Positions 1 to 7,281 of a stretch of 64,000 nt of DNA are shown here, one piece after another. The notes under the pieces are model-generated. The model did not search any database and was not told where the DNA came from. It saw nothing but the letters and a program-made list of their open reading frames with translations. The DNA comes from Alphaproteobacteria bacterium (GTDB taxonomy: Bacteria > Pseudomonadota > Alphaproteobacteria > UBA8366 > Aestuariispiraceae). The position numbers and the translations under genes were made by a program. Location of the stretch: contig OZ244984.1 of NCBI GenBank assembly GCA_965223125.1, positions 1,586,353 through 1,650,352 of the forward strand. The letters are read 5' to 3'. Numbering within the stretch: the stretch's first letter is position 1; each line of letters starts with the position of its first letter.

Positions 1-1031
1 CGCAGACCCGCAGCAGCACGGCGCAGGGCATCGACCGGGGCGGCCTCGCCTTCCACTGCCAACACGTTGATCCCGCTCACCGCCAGCGGCAGCGAGAGAC
101 TGCCGCAGCCGGAATAGAGGTCGGCCACCGTCTTCGCACCCGGCGGCAGGGCGGCGCGCACCAGTTGCGCCAGCACCGTTTCGCCTTCGGCACTGGGTTG
201 CAGGAAAGCCCCGATGGGCAGGTCCACCGGTACGCCCGCGATGACCAGCCTGGCCGCGCGCCGGGCCGCCACCGGCTCGGCGAATCCGTCACTTTCCCAG
301 GCGATGCGGGCGATGTCATGGGTTTCCGCGAAATCGACCAGCCGCCGCCGTTCGGACAGGTCCGGTTCCCCGCTGCGCAGGGGGATGAACATCATGTCGA
401 TGCCGGTATCGCTCAGGGTGATCTGCAGATCGCCGCCCTTGCCGAGGGAATTGAGCGAGGTTGCGAGATCCCGCAGCGGGTCCATCAGGGCCATGATTTC
501 CGGCCGAGTCACCGGGCATTCCGCGATATCCACGATCTGGCTGCTGGCGCGCTGGTTGAAGCCGATGCGGGCGCGACCACCAGGGCGCTGGATCGTCAGG
601 CGCAATCGCCGTCGCGTTTGGGGCGGGATCGATACCGTCTCCTGCACCAGATCCGCCGCGAAACCACGCCGGGTCAACGCATCAACCAGATGACCGCGCT
701 TGATCGCCCCGATGGCTGGGAGGCTCAGATGCTGGAGGCTGCAACCGCCGCAGATTTTCGCATGGCGACAGAGGGGGTCCACCCGGTCGGGGCCGGGATC
801 CAGCAGGGTTTCCAATCGCGCCACCCGTCCATCGCCCCGGCTTTCGCCCGGCTGAACGATGACCCGGTCGCCCGGCGCGGTATCTGCGATGAACAGCGGT
901 CCCAACGAACTGTCGGCCAAACCATCGCCGCGCGCGCCGATGGCCGTCACCGTTACTTCTATCAGATCGGCCTTCGGTACCCGGCGGACAGGCTTGCTAC
1001 GGGATTGCTTGCGGTAGGGTTTTGCGTTCAC
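1..1031 (-). CDS. RumA/TrmA-family SAM-dependent RNA (uracil-5)-methyltransferase; 3' end lies outside the window
   Basis: Absent from the ORF track because it runs off the window. Hand translation of the minus strand from GTG at 1031 gives MNAKPYRKQSRSKP..IEVTVTAIGARGDGLA (TRAM-like), ..CRHAKICGGCSLQHLS (Cys cluster) and ..ADLYSGCGSLSLPLAVSG (SAM motif I) near position 100. In-frame TAA lies upstream at 1056-1058. The + strand ORF 165..1085 is its antisense shadow. Confidence 0.75.
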   Translation of the reverse strand, partial: MNAKPYRKQSRSKPVRRVPKADLIEVTVTAIGARGDGLADSSLGPLFIADTAPGDRVIVQPGESRGDGRVARLETLLDPGPDRVDPLCRHAKICGGCSLQHLSLPAIGAIKRGHLVDALTRRGFAADLVQETVSIPPQTRRRLRLTIQRPGGRARIGFNQRASSQIVDIAECPVTRPEIMALMDPLRDLATSLNSLGKGGDLQITLSDTGIDMMFIPLRSGEPDLSERRRLVDFAETHDIARIAWESDGFAEPVAARRAARLVIAGVPVDLPIGAFLQPSAEGETVLAQLVRAALPPGAKTVADLYSGCGSLSLPLAVSGINVLAVEGEAAPVDALRRAAAGL

Positions 1032-1128
1032 GGGACTGCTTTCATCAATAGTATGTTAATGTCTTGGTTTGAAATAAATAGATAGTGTCAGTAGTTTTGG
1101 TTCAGCGAGACTGTTTGGAGCATGTTAT

Positions 1129-1362
1129 CTATTTATTTGGCACCCATTCGGTGCTGCCAAGAGTGTCATTAAAGTATCCGAGAATCACCTTATTTTGGCT
1201 GTTACCATCATACTCCCAAACGCAGCCGCAATATGTACAGTAGATAGAACCTGCAAGAGATGGCTGTTCGGCATTGTTTGCTTGCGTTTGTGTGACAATC
1301 CCCTGCCTCGGGTTTGCTGCTTTGCAATATTGAGATGGACATTGTTTCATTGTTTTTTGCAT
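1129..1362 (-). CDS. Hypothetical small Cys-rich (zinc-ribbon-like) protein, 77 aa
   Basis: Track ORF MQKTMKQCPSQYC...CTYCGCVWEYDG with a CX4C...CX2C arrangement. Codons are AT-rich, in a segment of about 42 % G+C (151 of 360 by hand count over 1081-1440). A purine-rich stretch GAGAAG lies upstream. No family recognised. Confidence 0.35.
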   Translation of the reverse strand: MQKTMKQCPSQYCKAANPRQGIVTQTQANNAEQPSLAGSIYCTYCGCVWEYDGNSQNKVILGYFNDTLGSTEWVPNK

Positions 1363-1635
1363 GGGGGCTTCTCTGCTTTTCGTTACTCATACAGAAGGTG
1401 GTGATTAAGATGTAGCTTCTAATTTAAAAATTGAAGCATTACTGGTGCTGTTGGCATTTCGCGCCCTGTCCCGCATAGTGTTAACTGTATTGCAGATGAC
1501 AAGGACCGAATCGCGCATACTGATACACGATAGAGCCGGGCGGGGCAGCCCGGAAATTCAGGATACCCGGGCAGCGGTGATTCATCGATTCTGCGGGATG
1601 GAGGTGGGTATCTTTCTGGGGGATCGTTTTAGCCG

Positions 1636-2427
1636 ATGTCGCTGAACACGCTCATCGCCTTTCTGCTCGCTTTCGGGCTGTTCATCTTTGCGATCATGTC
1701 GCAAACGTCGAACTATATTATCTTCGTCGATCCGTTCAGCTTTGTCATGGTCGTAGGCGGGACGCTGGCGGCGACCTTCCTGGGTCAGGAATATCGCTAT
1801 GTGATGCTGTCGCTGCGGGCGATCTTTTCCATGTTCGCGGTCTATCGGGCAGGTCGGAATGTGCTGAACCAGGATGTCGGGCGGATCATCCAGTGGGGCT
1901 ATCTGGCGCAGCAGAAGGGGCTGATCGCCCTGGAACCCGAAGTGAATAAGGTCCAGGGGGACGATTTTCTGAGTTTCGGGATCGAGAACCTGTTGAGCGG
2001 CTATACAGGGGAGGAAATGCGCGAGACCCTGGAAATCGCCGCCGACAAGACGTTTGAGCGCAACCTTGTTCCGGCCAATATCCTGAAAAGCATGGGGGCG
2101 ACGGCGCCGGCCTTCGGCATGATCGGGACGCTGGTCGGGCTGATCATCATGCTTTCCAGCCTTGGCGCGGACCCGAAGGATCTCGGGATCGGCCTTGCGG
2201 TCGCGCTCAACACCACACTCTATGGCGTGCTGTTCTCACGGCTGGTGCTGATTCCGGCGGCGTCTAAACTGACCCAACGCCAGCAGATACAACGCTTTCG
2301 GCACGAATTGATCACAGAAGGGCTCGTGATGCTCGCCGAACGCCGCTCCCCGCGTTATATTGCTGATCGGATGAACAGTTTCCTGGACCCCAATATCCGC
2401 TTCGATATCGACAAGCAGAAGAAATAA
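1636..2427 (+). CDS. MotA/TolQ/ExbB-family proton-channel protein (MotA/PomA-like stator subunit)
   Basis: 263 aa with the four-TM layout of MotA. N-terminal VDPFSFVMVVGGTLAATF and C-terminal APAFGMIGTLVGLI...GLAVALNTTLYGVLFSRLVLIPAASKL are typical of the family. Confidence 0.85.
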   Translation: MSLNTLIAFLLAFGLFIFAIMSQTSNYIIFVDPFSFVMVVGGTLAATFLGQEYRYVMLSLRAIFSMFAVYRAGRNVLNQDVGRIIQWGYLAQQKGLIALEPEVNKVQGDDFLSFGIENLLSGYTGEEMRETLEIAADKTFERNLVPANILKSMGATAPAFGMIGTLVGLIIMLSSLGADPKDLGIGLAVALNTTLYGVLFSRLVLIPAASKLTQRQQIQRFRHELITEGLVMLAERRSPRYIADRMNSFLDPNIRFDIDKQKK

Positions 2428-2460
2428 AGCCAGATAAACTTAGACTGGGAAACGGACGGC

Positions 2461-3138
2461 ATGGCACGCAGACGCAAATCCGGTTCTGGCGAGGCGGTTG
2501 ATGAGGCTGAGGACTGGCTGGTCACCTATGCTGATGCGATCACGCTGTTGATGGCCTTTTTCGTGATGCTTGTCTCCTTCTCCCGCATCGACCTACCGAT
2601 GTTCGAGGAAGTGCAGGCGGGTATCGCGGAGAAGATCGGCGGCGTGACGGACGCCCAGACGCCGATTTTCACGCTGGAAGCGGCGATGAATGAGATTTTC
2701 TCAGAAATCAGCCCGTTCCCGCCTGATGCGATCAAGGTTGGTTTCGATGATGAAGGGCTGGTGATCGATTTTGCCGCCGGGTATTTCTTCAATCCGGGCA
2801 CGGCGGAACTGGCACCGGGTGCCAGCGACCTTCTGCTCGCGGTGCGCAAACAGCTTGAGGAAGCTCCCTATGATGTGTTCAAGGTCGATGTCGAAGGTCA
2901 TTCGTCAAACCGACCGCCGCCGGGGGGGTCTTTTTTTCCAAGCAATTGGGAGATGTCAGCCTCACAGGCGGCGCGGGTCGTGCGTGAATTGATTTCCTTT
3001 GGCTTCAATCCGGAATGGCTGACAGCGACCGGCTATGCCGATACCAAGCCCAAACTGCCGAATCTGGATGTTGCGCGCAATCCGGTTCCAGCAAATCAGG
3101 CACAGAATGAGCGGATATCGCTGCGGCTACATCCCTGA
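2461..3138 (+). CDS. MotB/OmpA-like stator subunit (peptidoglycan-binding)
   Basis: 225 aa. WLVTYADAITLLMAFFVMLVSF is the MotB TM helix with the conserved Asp. The C-terminal VEGHSS..FPSNWEMSASQAARVVREL..ATGYADTKP is OmpA-like. Starts 33 nt after the MotA-like gene. Confidence 0.85.
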   Translation: MARRRKSGSGEAVDEAEDWLVTYADAITLLMAFFVMLVSFSRIDLPMFEEVQAGIAEKIGGVTDAQTPIFTLEAAMNEIFSEISPFPPDAIKVGFDDEGLVIDFAAGYFFNPGTAELAPGASDLLLAVRKQLEEAPYDVFKVDVEGHSSNRPPPGGSFFPSNWEMSASQAARVVRELISFGFNPEWLTATGYADTKPKLPNLDVARNPVPANQAQNERISLRLHP

Positions 3139-3260
3139 ATAATCCGAGTAACAATATTTGATTTATTTAAATTTTATATGTTTTTTAGTTAAATCAAGTT
3201 TTATGCTGATATCAGGTGTGGGTGCGGTTAGGTTTCAGAAATAAATGAAGGGTTGGAGAC

Positions 3261-4088
3261 ATGGCGTTCAAGGTGAAGTTCTGGGGGGTCAGAGGGTCAA
3301 TCGCATGCCCTTCGCCGCGCCATATCGGATTTGGGGGCAATACCAGTTGCATCGAGGTCTCTGCGGGGGGGGAGAGGATCATCTTCGATGCCGGGACCGG
3401 GATTCGCAATCTGGGCCAGTGGATGATCAAGAAGGACGTCAAGCGCGCCCATCTGATGCTGTCCCACACCCATTGGGATCATATCAACGGGTTTCCCTTT
3501 TTCACCCCTGCCTTCCTGCCTGACCGATCCTTTGAAATCATGGCCGGGCATGTTGAGGCCGAGTTGGGAGGCATCCGCAAGGTGCTGTCGGGGCAGATGG
3601 CGCAGCCGTTCTTTCCGGTTCCGCTGGAAGCGATGCGAGGGGCCCTCGGTTTCTCGGACTTTACAGCAGGGGATACCTTCAACCTGTCAGAAAACGTCCG
3701 GGTCCGGACGACGCCGCTGAACCATCCCAATGGCGCGACCGGCTATCGCATCGAACATCGCGGCAAGGCGATGTGCTACATCACCGATACAGAACATGTA
3801 CCCGGCATACCGGACCAGAATGTCCTCGCCCTGATTGAGGGCGCGGATTTGGTGATCTATGACTGTACCTATACCGAGGAGGAATTTCCTGAAAAGGTCG
3901 GCTGGGGACATTCCACCTGGGAGGAGGGGGTGCGCCTGTGCCGCGCCGCCAATGTGCGGATGATGGCGATCTTTCACCATGACCCGACCCATGACGACAG
4001 TTTCATGGAAACCCTTGAATTGCAGGCGCGGGATACCTGGTCCGGGGCCATTGTGGCGCGCGAAAACATGCGGATCAACCTGCTCTAA
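3261..4088 (+). CDS. MBL-fold metallo-hydrolase (HxHxDH)
   Basis: 275 aa with KFWGVRGS, GGNTSCIEV, LMLSHTHWDHINGFPFF, later GWGHST and FHHDP. Good SD (GGTTGGAGAC) and its own 120-bp AT-rich upstream spacer. Confidence 0.85.
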   Translation: MAFKVKFWGVRGSIACPSPRHIGFGGNTSCIEVSAGGERIIFDAGTGIRNLGQWMIKKDVKRAHLMLSHTHWDHINGFPFFTPAFLPDRSFEIMAGHVEAELGGIRKVLSGQMAQPFFPVPLEAMRGALGFSDFTAGDTFNLSENVRVRTTPLNHPNGATGYRIEHRGKAMCYITDTEHVPGIPDQNVLALIEGADLVIYDCTYTEEEFPEKVGWGHSTWEEGVRLCRAANVRMMAIFHHDPTHDDSFMETLELQARDTWSGAIVARENMRINLL

Positions 4089-4327
4089 CCCAGCACAGAC
4101 ACGAAGAGTCAGCGATTTTATCTGAATAGGTGTTGCTGTTCCGCAACGATCAAATGCGCTTTGATGAATGCCTGGAGGAGTAATGAGACAGGAACGGGAA
4201 TCCCCGATAACATTCAATCAGGAGCGTCAAGATACTTTTTCCTGAGAACAGGATATTAGTACGTTTCTCTTTTCAGTCGCACGTTAAGGAATCCCGACTT
4301 ACTAATTCATATCAAAAGGTTATTGAT

Positions 4328-5851
4328 ATGCTACACGCAAATGTACTACGCAGATACATGCTGGTAGCCGGATTCGCGGTATTGGGCGGGACGACATCTA
4401 TCGGTTCGGCGACGGCTCAGCAACTGGCCCAGTCCACACCGGATCAACAGGTCGAACAGACTCAGGACCGCCAGGCAGCAATAGAGTCATCTGTGCACGC
4501 CACACGGGCAGCCATAGAGGCTATGTCCGCAGATGATTGCCCACCCGTCAGTTATGCCGATGTATTGGCTAAACCGGATGATACGGCGCTGAATGTCTGC
4601 TTTGCTCGGGGACAAATCAACAACGGTAACGTTACAGGTGCGGTGGCAACACTGGAGCGCATCCTGCTGATCGCGCCTGATGCCGCAAATGTACGCTATC
4701 TCTATGCTATAGCACTGTATCGACTGGACAACATCAACGAAGCGGAACGTGAGTTTCTGACTTTAATGCAGGGGGATCTGCCGGACGATGTCCGACTGCA
4801 GATTAATGCTTTTTTGTCTGAAATTGCCCAGCTCAGGAAAACGACGAAGCAGACTCTGACTGTCAGCATGGGTTTGTATTACGATACCAATCGCAATACC
4901 GCGCCACAGTCGGAATCGCTGGTTGCCGCCGGTGTGCGTGGGCCGATCCAGCTAAAGGAAGATCGACCGAATGACGATATCGGATTGTTGACCATTGCCG
5001 GATATGATCTCGCCCATGATCTCGGCCTGCGCGATCCACACGAACTGATCGGCGGTATTGACCTCTATGCCGATACATTGCGCGAGCAGGGGCATTTGTC
5101 GACACAGGCGATGAATATCGATACCGGTCTTCGTCTTCGCTATCCAGGTTTCGTTATCACGCCACGGCTGTTTCTCTCCAATATGCGGCTGGGTCGCGCG
5201 AAGTTTTATCATTCGACCGGGGGCGAAATTCGGGTCGATCATAAGCTCCGGCTAGCCGATCCCAACATGCCGCTGCTTGATACCTGGGGCTCCTTCTCGG
5301 CCCAGAACGAGACGTATCGCAACACGCCGGAATTCCAGACCCTGACGCTGCGCACTGGTAAGAAATTTGACACGCGCATCGGGATCGGGGCACTGGTCCA
5401 TCCACAACACTATGTGTCGCTTGTCGGTCACCATCAGTACAAGGGTGCAGCACCGGACTCCGGCAACAGCAACCTGCGGACATTCCGCTATAAATACTGG
5501 GGTGCCAAACTCAGCCATACTTGGCTTCTGGGTGCCGGCCGGTTCCTGCAGTCGGATCTGTCGGTCGGTGCACGGCAATACAAAGTGCCGGATGCCGTGG
5601 TCTCTCCTGACATCCATCGCATCGAACAGCCGGTCCAGGCGCGCGTCACCTATGGTATGCCCCTGGTCGACGTGATCGGGATGGACTGGCTGGACAGTGC
5701 CGTTAATTCCAATGGCGCGATCCTGGATCTTGCCAAGGAAACGACGCTGACCATGACAGGGGAATGGCGGTATCAGAGATCCAATATTACGAATTACCAA
5801 TACGATGCCAAACGTGTGCAGGTACTGCTTACACGGCGCTTCGACTTCTAG
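4328..5851 (+). CDS. Outer-membrane protein with signal peptide, TPR-like N-domain and C-terminal beta-barrel (tentatively DUF560/Slam-like)
   Basis: 507 aa. Signal peptide MLHANVLRRYMLVAGFAVLGGTTSIGSATAQQ. TPR-like ARGQINNGNVTGAVATLERILLIAPDAANVRYLYAIALYRLDNINEAEREF. Then alternating-polarity strands (LTVSMGLYYDTNRN...) ending VQVLLTRRFDF with the terminal Phe typical of OMPs. The family call is from memory of DUF560 architecture only. Confidence 0.7.
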   Translation: MLHANVLRRYMLVAGFAVLGGTTSIGSATAQQLAQSTPDQQVEQTQDRQAAIESSVHATRAAIEAMSADDCPPVSYADVLAKPDDTALNVCFARGQINNGNVTGAVATLERILLIAPDAANVRYLYAIALYRLDNINEAEREFLTLMQGDLPDDVRLQINAFLSEIAQLRKTTKQTLTVSMGLYYDTNRNTAPQSESLVAAGVRGPIQLKEDRPNDDIGLLTIAGYDLAHDLGLRDPHELIGGIDLYADTLREQGHLSTQAMNIDTGLRLRYPGFVITPRLFLSNMRLGRAKFYHSTGGEIRVDHKLRLADPNMPLLDTWGSFSAQNETYRNTPEFQTLTLRTGKKFDTRIGIGALVHPQHYVSLVGHHQYKGAAPDSGNSNLRTFRYKYWGAKLSHTWLLGAGRFLQSDLSVGARQYKVPDAVVSPDIHRIEQPVQARVTYGMPLVDVIGMDWLDSAVNSNGAILDLAKETTLTMTGEWRYQRSNITNYQYDAKRVQVLLTRRFDF

Positions 5852-5868
5852 CGACTGGGGATGTGGCA

Positions 5869-7209
5869 ATGATGGGCTCGAAACGGGGACTGCACCAGAC
5901 GATATTCGCAGGGACGATTCTGATGGTTCTACCCAATATTACCCTGGCTCAGGATCTGGTGCAGGCCGGGGTGTCGGCCGCAGTACGCGGCACGGTTCAG
6001 CTTGCCCGCGTAGATACCGTCGGGATTCGCGTGAACAGCGGAGAAGAGATTTTCCTGAACGATGCGATCACCTCTGGCACCGCCTCTGGCATGCAGATCA
6101 TGTTGCTGGACCAGACGATCTTTTCCATCGGTCCGGAAAGCGAAATTTCAATCGACACGTTCGTCTATGATCCGGCCAGTGCCCAAGGTACATTGGCCGC
6201 CAGCATGACCAAGGGCGTGATGCGCTTTGTAACCGGCAGTATCTCGTCGGGCAATCCGCAGAGCATGACGATCAAACTGCCGGTCGGAACCATTGGGATT
6301 CGTGGCACAACCGGAACGGCGGCGGTACTGACGCCTGCTCAGATGCAGCAGACCTTTCCAGAACAGCAATCACAGCTCGGCGCGGCACAGGGTGGCCAGC
6401 CGGTGGTATTCGCCGCCCTGACCGGTCCCGGACCCAATACTCAGACCGGCGTGCCCGGCGGATCGTTCAATTTCTCCAGTCCGGACGGCTCGGTCGATCT
6501 CAACCGACCGGGTGGGGCCGTGCTGGCCACACTAGGTCAACCGCCAGTATTCTTCATCGCGACACCCGATCAGTTGACACAAATCAACAATTCGATCACG
6601 GCACGCCCGGACGGCAGCGGCGATGCGGCGGGGGCGGACGGCACGGATACGAACGCTTCAAACGAGAGCGGGACGCAGTCTGATAGCGCAGGCGGCGGTG
6701 CCAGCACCGGGTCGGGGGATGCCGTCGCATCTTCCAATGTCAGCAACGATACCGCATTCAATCAGGTCCAGACCGTCTCGACGAATACTCTGGCCGGGTC
6801 CCAGGCGAGCACGATCGCCACTGATGCCGGTGCGGCCAATTCTTCCGCGACCACCTTTGGTGCCATCGCCGCCGCCAATGGCGGGTCCGGGACGTTGAGC
6901 GGCAGCGGGTCGTTAAGCGGTGCGATTACCGGAGACATTTCAACATTCTTCAATTTCTCCTCACGGACATTCGATATCCAGTTCAGCGATCTCGATGGCA
7001 GCGGACTGAGCAACGGTACATTCGGTATCAACGGTGGCAGTACGACCCTGTCGGATTCCGCGACCGGTGTGACGATAGGCAGTGGACAGCAGGTTCCTAG
7101 TCAGGGATGCAGCAGTTGCACCGCGTCGGTCACCTTTACCGGGACGAACTCGCTTTCGACAACGCTCAACCATGCTGGCGGCTCTGGCAGCGGCAGTGTG
7201 AGTTTCTGA
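5869..7209 (+). CDS. Secreted FecR-domain protein with long Gly/Ser/Thr/Ala-rich C-terminal region
   Basis: Start taken at the ATG at 5869, which is M36 of track ORF 5764..7209. Signal-like MMGSKRGLHQTIFAGTILMVLPNITLAQD. FecR-type VNSGEEIFLNDAITSGTASGMQIMLLDQTIFSIGPESEISIDTF and MRFVTG..LPVGTIGIRGTTG. The last roughly 200 aa are low-complexity and end ...GSGSVSF. Confidence 0.8.
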   Translation: MMGSKRGLHQTIFAGTILMVLPNITLAQDLVQAGVSAAVRGTVQLARVDTVGIRVNSGEEIFLNDAITSGTASGMQIMLLDQTIFSIGPESEISIDTFVYDPASAQGTLAASMTKGVMRFVTGSISSGNPQSMTIKLPVGTIGIRGTTGTAAVLTPAQMQQTFPEQQSQLGAAQGGQPVVFAALTGPGPNTQTGVPGGSFNFSSPDGSVDLNRPGGAVLATLGQPPVFFIATPDQLTQINNSITARPDGSGDAAGADGTDTNASNESGTQSDSAGGGASTGSGDAVASSNVSNDTAFNQVQTVSTNTLAGSQASTIATDAGAANSSATTFGAIAAANGGSGTLSGSGSLSGAITGDISTFFNFSSRTFDIQFSDLDGSGLSNGTFGINGGSTTLSDSATGVTIGSGQQVPSQGCSSCTASVTFTGTNSLSTTLNHAGGSGSGSVSF

Positions 7210-7281
7210 TCGGACGCGACGGTCCCCGCTCAGGAAGACCTATCGTCCGTAGGATCGACGAAACTGATTTGGATCGCCGAT

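Noticed and set aside
2922-2937. G7 and T7 homopolymer runs (CCGGGGGGGTCTTTTTTTCC) inside the MotB-like gene as a possible phase-variation switch
   Set aside because: The reading frame is intact through the tract, and the encoded PPPGGSFFPSNW aligns in length with the usual OmpA-like motif. Runs of 7 are short for slipped-strand switching. Population data would be needed.
1636-3138. MotA/MotB-like pair considered as a Zorya-type (ZorA/ZorB) anti-phage module
   Set aside because: ZorA proteins are far longer, with a long C-terminal tail, whereas this MotA-like protein is 263 aa. No ZorC, ZorD or ZorE-like nuclease or helicase gene follows. An ordinary stator-like pair is the more economical reading.
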